64,000 bases of DNA from Anaerolineales bacterium (GTDB lineage: Bacteria; Chloroflexota; Anaerolineae; Anaerolineales; RBG-16-64-43). A program made the translations under genes and the position numbers. Under the pieces are notes generated by a model. It saw only the letters and a program-made list of their open reading frames with translations, had not been told where the DNA came from and searched no databases. Location of the stretch: contig JBEKXU010000007.1 of assembly GCA_049511715.1 (NCBI GenBank), positions 94,592 through 158,591 of the forward strand. Direction: 5' to 3'. Position 1 is the first letter of the stretch. Every line of letters begins with the position of its first letter. Positions 1 through 11,381 of the stretch are shown piece by piece.

Positions 1-2366
1 GTGCGTGGGATCGGGGTCGCCGTCAGCGTGAGGACATCTACCTCCGTCCGCAGTTGCTTCAGATGTTCCTTGTGGGCAACGCCGAATCGTTGTTCCTCAT
101 CAATGACCACCAAGCCCAGGTCTTTGAAGCGTACGTCGGCCTGCAACAGTCGGTGGGTCCCGATGATGATTTCAACCCGACCCTCGGCCAGATCGGCCAG
201 GACCGAGGTTTGTTCGCCGGGGCTGCGAAAGCGCGACAGCATCTCCACCTGGACCGGGAAGGGTGCCAGGCGCTGACGAAAGGTTTCAAAGTGCTGTTGG
301 GCCAGTAGGGTGGTGGGGACCAGAACGGCAACCTGCTTTCCATCCATCACCGCCTTGAAGGCGGCCCGCAGTGCCACTTCAGTCTTGCCGTAGCCGACGT
401 CCCCGCAGATCAAGCGGTCCATCGGCCGGGCCCGCTCCATGTCGCGCTTGACCTCTTCGATCGCCCGCAGCTGATCCTCCGTTTCCACGAAAGGAAAGGA
501 GGCTTCGAGCTCACTTTGCCAGGCCGTGTCCAGACCAAAGGAATGACCCAAGGCCGTTTGCCTCTTGGCGTACAAGTCCAGCAATTCCCGGGCGATTTCC
601 TCGACCGCTTTGCGGGCCTTCTCGCGCGCGGTGGCCCAGTCCGCGGAGCCAAGACGCGAAAGCGTCGGCGGGCGGTCGTCGGCGCCCACATATCGCGTCA
701 GGCGGTCTGCCTGGTGAACCGGAACATAAACCTGGTCTCCACCCGCAAATTCCACCTGGAGGTATTCCCTCAAAGAGTCTTCCACCGTGCGGTGCACCAA
801 TCCGTCAAATCTTCCGATCCCGTATTCCACGTGCACCACATAGTCACCGGCATTGAGGTCTGCGTATTCCGCCTCCGGGGGCGTTGCCCCGACTCGGATT
901 CGCCGCCTCGGCTCGGGTCTGGCCCAGCCGAAGATCTCTCCGTCGGTAAGGATCTCCAGGGCGCGCGCCGGTCCCCCGCCGGCGGGACACTGCAGCACAA
1001 ACCCCTCCTGGAGCGCCCCCTGGATAAACACTGCCGCTCCTTCCGCGGGCATCTGGGTCAGCACCTCGGAAGCCGGCGGGACGACGTTTCCTCGGTCGCC
1101 CCAGATTTCGACCAGGCGGGCGGCTTGCCGCGAGACGACGAGCGTTCGCGACCGCGCCCGGTGGGCCCGTTCGAGGTGGTCAATCAAGGGCCCGATTTGG
1201 CCACCAAACCGCGGCCCGGGAGCGAAGGCTTCGCCCAGGGGAACGAGGTCAGCGTCAGCAGCTTGTCGGCCCAGTTCGACCAGCCTATGCAGTTCCAGGG
1301 ACTCCTGGAGATGGTCCCATGACAGTGCTGCCGCTGGATCCTCTGCATGGATTTCCCCTTGATCGAGCGCTTCCGCACGAAGCTGGAGGGTCTGTTCCTC
1401 TAGGTCGCCGGCGGTCGCCTCAAGCTCCTCGTAGTCCTCCGCAAGCACGATGCCTTCGGGCGACAGGTGGTCCAGAAGGTCTGTGGGCGGATAGAGCCAG
1501 GGGATGAAGAACTCTACGGACGGACGCGATTCCGGGCCCAGCTCATCCTCCTCCGGTTCGCGACCCGGGGGTGCCGCCCGGGGACCCGTGCCCTGGCCCT
1601 GGAGGCGCTTGACCTCGCGGTCCAGGGCTTCGCAGGCTGGCGTGATGCTCAAACTGGGGAACCCGTCCGTCGACCGTTGCGTGCCTGGATCAAAATGCCG
1701 AAGAGTCTCTATGGTTTCCCCGAAGAACTCAATTCGTGCCGGTTGAGGGTCGGCCGGAGGCCAGAGGTCGATAATTCCTCCGCGCCGGCTGAATTGACCG
1801 GGCCCCATCACATAGGGCTGGCTTTGGTACCCCAGGTCAACAGCGAACCGGAGAAGTTCATCCAGAGAGGCCTTCGCTCCGGGGACGATCCGGCGACTGT
1901 TTCCAACAAAGTCCTGGCGAGGAAGGGTCGGCGTCATCCAGGCGCGGAGGGAGGTCAAGACCAGCAGCGGCGGTTGGGTCCCCAGGGAGGGGATGGAGTG
2001 CTCGGCGAGCGCGGACAGGGTCGAAATCCGCTCGCGAACGGTTCTCGGGCCCCAGGGGGCCGGCTCATAAGAGAGGGGGGAGGGCTCTCCGAAAACCTCT
2101 ACGGGAAGCGTGCGATCCCAGGTCGAGATTTCGTCCCTCAAGGCGAAGACCTCGTCCGACCGGGAAAGGGCAAGTACGAATGGGACCGGGATGTCCCGGA
2201 CAAGGGACGCCAGAACCGCTGGCTGCGCCGATCGAGGAAGGGCCAAGGCCAGGGTTCGGAAACCGTCGAGTCTCCGATCTCTGGGGGCCCGCAGGCGGGC
2301 CAGGAGGTCCTGGTACGAAGGCTGGGCCCGGATCATTTCCAGGAGTGGGGTCAGGTCAGTCGACAC
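1..2366 (-). CDS. mfd: Transcription-repair coupling factor, 5' part (runs off the window start)
   Basis: Manual minus-strand translation from GTG at 2366 ([15 protein letters not shown]...). Contains [24 protein letters not shown] and [21 protein letters not shown] motifs in the same frame. Start overlaps the pth stop. Confidence 0.95.
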   Translation of the reverse strand, partial: MSTDLTPLLEMIRAQPSYQDLLARLRAPRDRRLDGFRTLALALPRSAQPAVLASLVRDIPVPFVLALSRSDEVFALRDEISTWDRTLPVEVFGEPSPLSYEPAPWGPRTVRERISTLSALAEHSIPSLGTQPPLLVLTSLRAWMTPTLPRQDFVGNSRRIVPGAKASLDELLRFAVDLGYQSQPYVMGPGQFSRRGGIIDLWPPADPQPARIEFFGETIETLRHFDPGTQRSTDGFPSLSITPACEALDREVKRLQGQGTGPRAAPPGREPEEDELGPESRPSVEFFIPWLYPPTDLLDHLSPEGIVLAEDYEELEATAGDLEEQTLQLRAEALDQGEIHAEDPAAALSWDHLQESLELHRLVELGRQAADADLVPLGEAFAPGPRFGGQIGPLIDHLERAHRARSRTLVVSRQAARLVEIWGDRGNVVPPASEVLTQMPAEGAAVFIQGALQEGFVLQCPAGGGPARALEILTDGEIFGWARPEPRRRIRVGATPPEAEYADLNAGDYVVHVEYGIGRFDGLVHRTVEDSLREYLQVEFAGGDQVYVPVHQADRLTRYVGADDRPPTLSRLGSADWATAREKARKAVEEIARELLDLYAKRQTALGHSFGLDTAWQSELEASFPFVETEDQLRAIEEVKRDMERARPMDRLICGDVGYGKTEVALRAAFKAVMDGKQVAVLVPTTLLAQQHFETFRQRLAPFPVQVEMLSRFRSPGEQTSVLADLAEGRVEIIIGTHRLLQADVRFKDLGLVVIDEEQRFGVAHKEHLKQLRTEVDVLTLTATPIPR

Positions 2367-2958
2367 GCGGGCTCCCCGCCGTGTCGGGATCTCCGTTGTA
2401 TCGGTTCATCGCCGCTTGCAACCCAGAACGAATGAACACATCGACGGCTTCCGCCGCCCGCCCTACGATTTCGCCCAGTTTTTCTTCTTCCTGGGGGGCA
2501 AAATCTTGCAGGACATAGGCTGCGGGATCCATGTCCTCGGGCGGGTGCCCGATTCCGATGCGCAACCTTGGAAATTCCTCGGTTCCCAGAGCGGAGATGA
2601 TGGATTGCATCCCCTTCTGCCCGCCGGACCCTCCCATGGGTCGCAAGCGCAGCGTGCCAAAGGGCAGATCAATATCATCGCAACAGACCAGTAGACGCTC
2701 ATAGGGAATCGCGTGGAAGCGGACCAGCGCCTCAACGGCCTGTCCGCTCGCATTCATGAAAGTCTGTGGCTTGGCCAAGAGGACCGCTTTCCCTTCGGCC
2801 GATGCGCTGGCCAGAAGGCAGTGGAATCCCTTTCGGGAAAACCGGGCCTGCAGCTGCTGGGCGACTCTTTCCGCCACGCGGTAGCCTATGTTGTGACGGT
2901 TTCGCAGGTATTGTCGGCCCGGGTTGCCGAGTCCCACTACGGCTGCGTCCAAGCTCAT
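2356..2958 (-). CDS. pth: Peptidyl-tRNA hydrolase
   Basis: VGLGNPG..Y..NRHNIG, LAKPQTFMNASG and FPRLRIGIG motifs; pth-mfd order. Confidence 0.97.
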   Translation of the reverse strand: MSLDAAVVGLGNPGRQYLRNRHNIGYRVAERVAQQLQARFSRKGFHCLLASASAEGKAVLLAKPQTFMNASGQAVEALVRFHAIPYERLLVCCDDIDLPFGTLRLRPMGGSGGQKGMQSIISALGTEEFPRLRIGIGHPPEDMDPAAYVLQDFAPQEEEKLGEIVGRAAEAVDVFIRSGLQAAMNRYNGDPDTAGSPRVD

Positions 2959-3689
2959 GCCATCCTCTGGCTAGCGTACTTTCCTACCGCCCAATTCCAA
3001 CCCCGATATCGGATTTCCACGCCTTTTAGGAGAGCGCGCGCTCGCCAGTCCGATCCTCACGGTCACTCCCTGAAACCCCTGCCCATAGCCCTTCCTCGAC
3101 CCGACCAGTTAGTCTAACATGCTCGGGCCGCCTTCTTCAAGGCCCACCGCTGCGATTCCTTCTTCGAAAGGGATCGATCGGCAAGCGGCCCCATCGCTGC
3201 CCAGGTCGGCCGCCGTGCCGCGTGCGTCCGTTGCAAGAAAGGGAAGCGATCCCCCGGTGCGGGCGGCGGAGCGAAAGGAAGATGCCGGATGGGAAACTCG
3301 GAGCGGAGGGACCCAAGGTCCGCTGCTTTCCCCAGCGGCGGCACGCTCCATAGCCGCTGGGGGGGAAAACAGGCCAAGCGGCTTCTCCCCTGAGGGGAGT
3401 TTGAGGCAAGGGAGTCGGTGGCGAGAAGCCCCGAGCGATTCCGAGTGAATCCGCGAATAGACTTCCCTGCGACGAGAAATGAGCCAAATCAGTTGGGCCT
3501 TGATCTTCCTGCGGCCGCCCAAAATTGTCTTGGGACGATTCTCTCCCGCCTTTGGGCCAGTGCCGCGCCAAGGGGGCGTTGTATATGCGGATAATGCGAG
3601 TGCGAGAGGGGGTATGGGAGTTGCCTGACCTGACGGCTAATACTCCACGTTGCCCCTGCCAAAGGAAGGCTTTCCAATAATGATTTGGG

Positions 3690-4590
3690 TGCGTTTCATG
3701 GCAGTTGACCACATGAGTTTCAGCGCAAAAGCCGGGGGTGTTTTCGGCTGGTTGGGCCCTAATGGGGCTGGCAAGACCACAATCATTCGTACGCACCTGG
3801 GTCTGATCAAACCCACTTCGGGAAGCGCCTCGATGTTGGGCTTCGATCCGGTTACACAGACTAAGACCATGCAGGCACATGTGGGTTATCGTTCCCAACA
3901 ATTCACACTTCACAACGAACTGACTGCCCGTGAAAACATACAACTTTATGGCAAGGTGTGTGGTCTGGAACGGGATGAGCTTGGCAAGAGGCAGGTTGAG
4001 ATCCTGCGCACCGCCGGACTGGTCGGGGGTGAAAAAGTACTGAGCAGCCAGCTTTCAGGCGGCTGAAAGCAACGATTGGGGCTCGGTTGTGCCATTGTCA
4101 GCGGGCCACAAGTCGTCTTCCTGGAGGCACCCACTGCAGCGGTTGACCCCATCAGCCGGCGAGATTTCTGGGATCTAATCTATGCCATGACGAAAAAGGG
4201 GGTTACCGTGCAGGTGACGACTCACTAGATGGGCGAAGGCGAGCTTTGCCAGCGGGTCGGCTTCATCCGCTAGGGTCGTCTGGTGGTCATGGACTCTCCC
4301 AGCCGCCTCAAATAGATACACATGCACGACTAGGTGCTGGAGGTCAGTTTATCCGATCCCGAAGGGGGATTGGGGGCCTGAAAACCCTCGAGCAGCAGAG
4401 AGCTATGCCGGTGCTGGAAGTGGCCTGGTATGGCGCTCAGATTCATGTGGTATTGCCTGATGCGCAGGAGGATACGGAAGTCATCAGGAATATTCTTCTC
4501 CGGAAGAACATTCAGGTCAACACGCTTGAGTGGTTCACACCGACCCTGGAGGATGTCTTCAAATCATCCGTGACATCATTTTCCCCTTGA
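3690..4590 (+). pseudogene. Degraded ABC-2-type transporter ATP-binding gene
   Basis: Walker A GPNGAGKTT, LSGG signature, eroded Walker B (VVFLEAPT), VTTH and C-terminal PTLEDVF. In-frame stops at 4064 (TGA) and 4226, 4271, 4313, 4331 (TAG), a frameshift near 4370, and no clear start. Confidence 0.9.
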
Positions 4591-4778
4591 CACGCAAGAC
4601 ATCTTTGCTATACAGGCTCGTAACAGTCTCTCACTCGACCCTAACGAATCGGTAAACCCAAACTGGAAGATATACCCGGAGAAGTAACATCGCCCGCTGC
4701 GAAGTCCTAATCAAAGAGATCTTTTCAGACAATTCCAACTTTATTCGCACTGCTGCCTTAGAAGGCCCTGCCCCTCCA

Positions 4779-4807
4779 TTGACGAATAATTTGATTGAAA
4801 GTAGACT
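4779..4807 (+). promoter_or_regulatory. Sigma70-type promoter for the aldehyde dehydrogenase
   Basis: TTGACG-17 bp-TAGACT. Confidence 0.55.
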
Positions 4808-4875
4808 TTCCGAAGTAAAGATTGATTCCGAATCTGTTTACTTGGCAATCCACTCCCAAAGAGAAGGAAACTGCC

Positions 4876-6489
4876 GTGGTAACTACTGCCCCCAATTCAC
4901 CAGAAAAGATGAATGACGTCCCCGCAAAGCAACTTTGGGGCACAAGAAAAATACCCGACTTGGCACGGCTGACAGCCCTGATCTCCCATGCCGATACTCC
5001 GCATGATCTGACCATCGTCCGGGCACCCTTTACTAGCGAGACCCTAGGGACGGTCCCGATTTGTACGACGCAAGATGTTCAGATAGCAGTGCAACATGCC
5101 CGTACTACCCAGCGTTCCTGGGCACAGACTCGCATGTCAGAGCGCAGGGCGATTTTCCTACGCTACCACGACCTGATTTTGCAGCACCAAGAGGAATTGC
5201 TTAACCTTCTCCAGGTGGAAGCCGGGAAGAGCCGTCTCGATGCCCTAGACGAGGTCTTCGACGTTGTTATCAACAGTCGGCATTACGCGGTTCGTGCCGA
5301 GAGATACCTCCGTCCCCAGCGACGGAAGGGGGCTCTACCGCTCCTAACTCATACAATGGAACTTCACCAGCCGGTTGGTGTGGTAGGAATCATTTCACCT
5401 TGGAACTATCCGCTGGTGTTGACGATTTCCGATGCGATCCCGGCAATCCTAGCAGGGAACTGTGTCGTATTGAAACCCGCAGAGGAGACTCCGTTCATAG
5501 CCCTCTATGCGGCCCAGCTCCTATATCAAGCAGGGCTGCCGCCTGAGGTGTTCCAAGTGGTGACCGGGAAGGGCCGCGTCATCGGCCCCGTATTCATCAA
5601 GGAAGCGGATTATTTATGTTTTACCGGTGGCACATCCACTGGACGGCTGCTGGCCGGACAGGCTGGCGAGCGTCTGATCAAGTGCTCAATGGAACTGGGC
5701 GGGAAGAACCCGGCGATCGTTCTGGATGATGCGGATCTGGACAAGGCAGTCACTGGGATCTTGCGTGGCTCTTTTGCCAACTCGGGCCAGCTTTGCATCC
5801 ACATGGAACGGATTTACGTCCAGGGCGGGATTTACGATCGCTTCGTTTCTGAACTGGTTCGCCGGGCGAAGGAGATGAAGGTCTCCGCCGCGTTGGACTT
5901 CTCCGCCGATATGGGGTCGCTCATCTCCCAGGATCAGCTCGACAAGGTGACCCAGCATGTCGAAGACGCGTTGCGGAAGGGTGCCGTCCTCTTAACCGGT
6001 GGAAAGGCCCGGCCAGACATCGGCCCATTCTTCTTCGAGCCGACACTGATGACGAACATCAAACCGGAGATGAACCTTTACGCCGAAGAGACATTCGGCC
6101 CGGTGGTTTCGATCTACCGATTCGACGATGTGGAACATGCTATCGAATTGGCCAATGCATCCTCGTATGGGCTGAATTCCAGCGTTTGGACGCGAGATGT
6201 CCGTCGGGGACAGCAGATTGCCCGCCGGCTACAGACCGGAACATCGAACGTCAACGAGGCGGTCTACGCGGCCTGGGGATCCGTGGACGCGCCGATGGGC
6301 GGCATGAAAGCTTCCGGTCTGGGACGCCGTCACGGCAGAGAGGGCATCCTGAAATACACCGAGGCGCAGACGGTCGCTACACAGTCGCTGATGCTCATCG
6401 GGCCGAACCGTTTCCTGCCCCCTGAGCGATACGCCAAGACAATGACGGTGATGCTCAAATTGATGAAAGCCATCCCCGGATTGCGCTGA
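4876..6489 (+). CDS. Aldehyde dehydrogenase, succinate-semialdehyde dehydrogenase (GabD2-like)
   Basis: ISPWNYP, FTGGTSTG, MELGGKNP (catalytic Glu), GQLC (catalytic Cys), EETFGP; GTG start after AAGGA. Confidence 0.9.
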   Translation: MVTTAPNSPEKMNDVPAKQLWGTRKIPDLARLTALISHADTPHDLTIVRAPFTSETLGTVPICTTQDVQIAVQHARTTQRSWAQTRMSERRAIFLRYHDLILQHQEELLNLLQVEAGKSRLDALDEVFDVVINSRHYAVRAERYLRPQRRKGALPLLTHTMELHQPVGVVGIISPWNYPLVLTISDAIPAILAGNCVVLKPAEETPFIALYAAQLLYQAGLPPEVFQVVTGKGRVIGPVFIKEADYLCFTGGTSTGRLLAGQAGERLIKCSMELGGKNPAIVLDDADLDKAVTGILRGSFANSGQLCIHMERIYVQGGIYDRFVSELVRRAKEMKVSAALDFSADMGSLISQDQLDKVTQHVEDALRKGAVLLTGGKARPDIGPFFFEPTLMTNIKPEMNLYAEETFGPVVSIYRFDDVEHAIELANASSYGLNSSVWTRDVRRGQQIARRLQTGTSNVNEAVYAAWGSVDAPMGGMKASGLGRRHGREGILKYTEAQTVATQSLMLIGPNRFLPPERYAKTMTVMLKLMKAIPGLR

Positions 6490-6863
6490 TGTGCCCTTTG
6501 GGATCGTGGCTCGGGCTTTACCCGATTCTTCCTCACGAACACACTGGAATCACGAATACCCGTCCTTAGGACAGGTGCCCGTAGGGGCGATTCCCGTGTT
6601 GGTGCTTGGGTTTCCCATTCAACCGTGATGGCCTTGCAAACACCCGTATACAGCAGTGCCCCCAAGGGGATACGTATCAATCATGTGATGGGTTTTTGAG
6701 AGGGTATTAGCAAGAACTCGTTCTTAGCCACTCCTGGCCCCCTGCGCAAATATGTTCACATACATCGGCATTGAAGGCAAACGTTTTCAGAGTCAGCGCG
6801 ACCCAGGGTTTACCGTCATCCAACCATGTGGCGTGTGAAACGTTGGCTCCAGCCTGACCCTGA

Positions 6864-7994
<1,131 letters not shown>

Positions 7995-8122
7995 GCCAGG
8001 CAACACGTGCAAGGCAGATGCGAAGGCAAAGAAGAGTAGTAGGCGTTCGGGAGGCTCTTCGTGTGCGCCAGACATGAAGTGCTGAATCAGAAAAAAGGCA
8101 ATCAAGAGAAGGAATTCAAAAA

Positions 8123-8532
8123 ATGGACATTAAAAGGATCGGCTCGCAGCCTTCCGGCAAAGGACCCGTCGAGAATATTACCGGCAGTGTGCGTGTTGAC
8201 CCCTTGTTGCAGGCAACCCATCCAGCGCGCGTGCTCGGAGCCAGTGTGACGTTCGAGCCCAGCGCCCGGACAGCCTGGCACGCCCATCCGCTGGGCCAGA
8301 CCCTGATCGTGACAGCCGGCTGCGGCCTCGTACAACGCTGGGGTGGCCCATCGAGGAGATTCGACCGGGGGACGTGATCTGGTTTCCACCGGGTAAGAAG
8401 CATTGGCATGGCGCCACGGCCACCACGGCCATGACGCACATCGCCATTGTGGAACAGCTCGACGGCAAGTCCGCCGACTGGATGGAAAAGGTCAGTCACG
8501 AACAATACCAAGCCGGGCCAAGGGCCGAATAA
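8123..8532 (+). pseudogene. Cupin-domain protein, frameshifted
   Basis: [19 protein letters not shown] in one frame; [22 protein letters not shown]...WMEKVS continues in another frame after ~8350. Confidence 0.85.
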
Positions 8533-8544
8533 GAGGAAACAATC

Positions 8545-8630
8545 ATGAGCAAAGTCAGGTTTATCACAGACGCAGGCCGTGGAATGGGCGTAGACATCGC
8601 CAAGGCCGCTCTTGCCGCTGGAAAGGCGGG
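8545..8630 (+). pseudogene. N-terminal remnant of a short-chain dehydrogenase (SDR)
   Basis: RBS plus MSKVRFITDAGRGMGVDIAKAALAAG, an eroded TGxxxGxG Rossmann motif; similarity ends after ~27 codons. Confidence 0.7.
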
Positions 8631-8663
8631 CACGATAACCGGGAATATGAAGGAGATTCGCCG

Positions 8664-9050
8664 ATGATAGCGTGGACGAGCGATGAGCTCACCAAGATCG
8701 GAACAGCAGAAGAGTTGGGGATCGCGTCACTCCGACGCGACGGCACGCTGCGAAACCCGGTGACGATTTGGGTTGTCCGTCACGGCGACGACCTTTACGT
8801 CCGATCCGTTAACGGGCGCAATGGCGCCTGGTTCCGTGGCACTCAGGTGTGCCACGAAGGCCATATCCAGGCTGGCGGAGTCGACATAGACGTCACCTTC
8901 GTGGATGCCGACCCCGGTATCAACGACCAGATCGACGCCGCATACCGTACAAAGTACCGCCGCTACGCCGCAAGCATCATCAGCCATATTGTGAGCCCTG
9001 AAGCATGCTCCGCGACAATCAAACTAGTGCCGCGCTCGACAGGCTCTTAG
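8664..9050 (+). CDS. DUF2255-family protein
   Basis: WTSDEL..IG.AEEL.IASLRRDGTLR.PVTIWVVR.GDDLYVRS..G; AAGGAG RBS. Confidence 0.8.
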   Translation: MIAWTSDELTKIGTAEELGIASLRRDGTLRNPVTIWVVRHGDDLYVRSVNGRNGAWFRGTQVCHEGHIQAGGVDIDVTFVDADPGINDQIDAAYRTKYRRYAASIISHIVSPEACSATIKLVPRSTGS

Positions 9051-9149
9051 TTCAAAAACCATGTAGTTCTTGAGAACTCAGCCATACAACTCTTCGCCAT
9101 CGGATTGGGTTGAAGGTCAGTTTGGAAAAATCATCTGTGGGGGGCCATC

Positions 9150-9474
9150 AAGGGAATACATCCGGTTTGGATCTACCGGACTAAAAGTATCGCGCATCTG
9201 CCTGGGCTGCATGAGCTATGGGCGACCGACCGAACGCTGGCCGTGGGCGCTCGATGAAGAGGAAAGCCGGCCGTTTATCAAGCGCACGCTGGAGGTGGGC
9301 ATCAATTCCTTTGACACCGCCAATGTCTATTCACATGGGGCGAGCGAAGAGGTGGTTGGCAAAGCCCTGAGTGAGTTTGCTTCGCGGGACGAGGTGGTGA
9401 TTGCCACCAAGGTGTATCTTGAGATGGGTACTAGTATAGAGGATATCCCTGTCCAGTTCAACGCCTGTGGTTGA
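9150..9474 (+). pseudogene. Truncated aldo/keto reductase (5' ~90 codons only)
   Basis: EYIRFGSTGLKVSRICLGCMSYG...FDTANVYS.GASE...RDEVVIATKV, then similarity ends at ~9428; expected ATG reads AGG. Confidence 0.85.
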
Positions 9475-9570
9475 CCTATTTTGCATCCCATTTCCCTCAA
9501 AAAGGCTTTTCCAGTCGGATCGTGAGCCGCCGGGCGGATGATTATCCGTTAACATAGGGGTCAGGAAAAC

Positions 9571-9622
9571 AAAAAAACCGGCCAGATGGCGGTTTCCTTT
9601 GCCCACATACGGATTCGAACCC
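9571..9622 (-). other. tRNA 3'-end-like fragment (possible att remnant) followed by an intrinsic terminator
   Basis: Minus strand reads GGGTTCGAATCCGTATGTGGGCA, then AAACCGCCA-TC-TGGCCGGTTTTTTT. No D or anticodon arm upstream. Confidence 0.45.
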
Positions 9623-9737
9623 CAATATTCAGATTAATCCTAGTCGACTGTGATGAATTTACTACCAATGGTACACATGCCCCCAAGGGGTCTAGAAACC
9701 CTGAGCAAGAAGGAAACGACCGAATGCGTAATCCGAC

Positions 9738-9820
9738 GGATGCTGGACACCGATTCCGGAGCATGCTGGACAGTGATTCCGATGGATGGTGGACACCGAT
9801 TCCGCTCCATGCTGGACACC
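9738..9820 (+). repeat. IS21 left-end transposase-binding repeats (mirrored at ~12191-12250)
   Basis: Four copies of TG(C/G)TGGACA(CC/GT)GATTCC at ~24-bp period, the last one truncated; three inverted copies at the right end. Confidence 0.85.
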
Positions 9821-9855
9821 GAGGGATCCTTAGCCTGAGTGGCTGACGATTATCC

Positions 9856-11373
9856 ATGCGCAAGATCCGCGAAGTCCTCCGTCTCAAGTGGGAGGGAGGG
9901 CTCAGCAACCGAGCCGTTGCCCACAGTTGCTCCATCTCTCCGACCACGGTGAGCGAATACGTTCGCCGGGCCCAAGCGACCGGGCTCACCTGGCCCCTCC
10001 CCGAAGCTTTGGGCGAAGACCAGCTCTACGCGCTGCTGTTTCCCCAGCCAGCTCCGCCCTCGGAGCGGGCAATCCCGGGACCGGATTGGGAAAGTATCTA
10101 TGCCGAGTTGCGCCGAAAGGGCATGACCCGGCGCCTGGTTTGGCTGGAGTATTGCGAAGCCAATCCGGGCGGATACGGCTACAGCCGCTTTTGTGAGCTC
10201 TATCGATCGTGGACCAGGAAACTGGATCCTCCCATGCGCCTGACCCACAAGGCCGGGGAGAAGCTGTTCGTCGACTACGCCGGCCAAACTGTCCCGCTCG
10301 TCGACCTGAAGACCAGCGAGATTCGTGAAGCTCACATCTTCGTGGCTGTCCTGGCCGCCAGCAGCTTCACGTACGCCGAGGCGCAGTGGGCCGAGGACCT
10401 GGCCAACTGGATCGGCGGCCATGTGCGAGCGTTCGACTACTTCCGCGGGGTGCCGGAAGTGGTGGTACCTGACAATCCAAAAACCGGAATCAAGCATCCC
10501 TCCCGGTATGAACCTGACATCAACCCCACCTACCAGGATCTGGCGGAACATTACGGCACCGTGGTAATCCCCGCCCGAGTTCGCAAACCCAAGGACAAAG
10601 CCAAGGTCGAGGTGGGCGTGCAGGTCGTCGAGCGTTGGATTCTCGCGCGCTTGCGCAACTGGACCTTCTTGAGCCTGACGGATCTCAATCGGGCGATTCA
10701 CAGCCTGCTTACCGAACTCAACGACCGGCCCATGCGCCATCTGGGGAAATCCCGCCGGGAACTCTTTGAGACCCTGGATCGGCCAGCCCTCAGGCCGCTG
10801 CCAGCTGAACCGTACGAATTTGCCTTCTGGAAGAAGGCCAGGGTGAACATCGACTACCATGTGGAGTTCAAGCAGCACTATTACAGCGTCCCCCACGAAC
10901 TCATTGGGGAGCAAGTGTTCCTGCGAGTCACGGAGCACACCGTCGAAATCTTCCACAAGCGTCAGCGGGTGGCATCGCATCCGCGGTCCCAGGCTCAGGG
11001 CCGCTACTCCACCCAGGCAGAGCACATGCCACCCAACCACCGCTACTACGCCGAGTGGTCCCCCGAACGCTTCGTGCGCTGGGGGGAGACGATTGGTCCC
11101 CAGACTCGGGGTGTGATCGAGCAGGCTCTCACCTCCCGCCGGCACCCCCAACAGGCCTACCGTACCTGCCTGGGGATCCTGGGATTGGCCAAACGCTATT
11201 CCCCAGAACGCCTGGAGGCCGCCTGCGCCCGCGCCCACTCGGCGGGCATCTGTTCCTACCGAGGTCTCGCGAACATCCTGGACGCTCACCTTGACCAGCT
11301 CCCATTGGAAGAGGCGACTTCCATCCCACTGGAGACCCATATCAACATTCGTGGACCGTCCTATTACCGCTAA
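9856..11373 (+). CDS. istA: IS21-family transposase
   Basis: N-terminal HTH (MRKIREVLRLK), LFVDYAG, VVPDN and KPKDKAKVE DDE core. Confidence 0.97.
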   Translation: MRKIREVLRLKWEGGLSNRAVAHSCSISPTTVSEYVRRAQATGLTWPLPEALGEDQLYALLFPQPAPPSERAIPGPDWESIYAELRRKGMTRRLVWLEYCEANPGGYGYSRFCELYRSWTRKLDPPMRLTHKAGEKLFVDYAGQTVPLVDLKTSEIREAHIFVAVLAASSFTYAEAQWAEDLANWIGGHVRAFDYFRGVPEVVVPDNPKTGIKHPSRYEPDINPTYQDLAEHYGTVVIPARVRKPKDKAKVEVGVQVVERWILARLRNWTFLSLTDLNRAIHSLLTELNDRPMRHLGKSRRELFETLDRPALRPLPAEPYEFAFWKKARVNIDYHVEFKQHYYSVPHELIGEQVFLRVTEHTVEIFHKRQRVASHPRSQAQGRYSTQAEHMPPNHRYYAEWSPERFVRWGETIGPQTRGVIEQALTSRRHPQQAYRTCLGILGLAKRYSPERLEAACARAHSAGICSYRGLANILDAHLDQLPLEEATSIPLETHINIRGPSYYR

Positions 11374-11381
11374 GGAGATGC

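Noticed and set aside
516-2435. Plus-strand ORFs of 268 and 322 aa in the ORF track
   Set aside because: They are antisense shadows of mfd, which the track missed because it runs off the window edge
4226-4333. Amber recoding or pyrrolysine read-through in the ABC gene
   Set aside because: TAG ends normal genes here (hemW, acpP, mraY, ftsZ). The gene also has a TGA, a frameshift and a broken Walker B.
6581-6600. GTAGGGGCGATT, resembling the start of a GTAG-type REP element
   Set aside because: The palindromic second half is missing, it is a single copy, and no RAYT transposase is nearby
9738-9820. Regular ~24-bp repeats resembling a mini-CRISPR
   Set aside because: Spacers are far too short, inverted copies occur at the other IS end, and there are no cas genes. 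These are IS21 terminal repeats.
9850-11340. Long antisense ORFs (also 31087-32388, 47646-48872, 50180-51823, 56888-58354, 59079-60461)
   Set aside because: Shadow frames opposite well-supported genes in GC-rich DNA, with no motifs of their own
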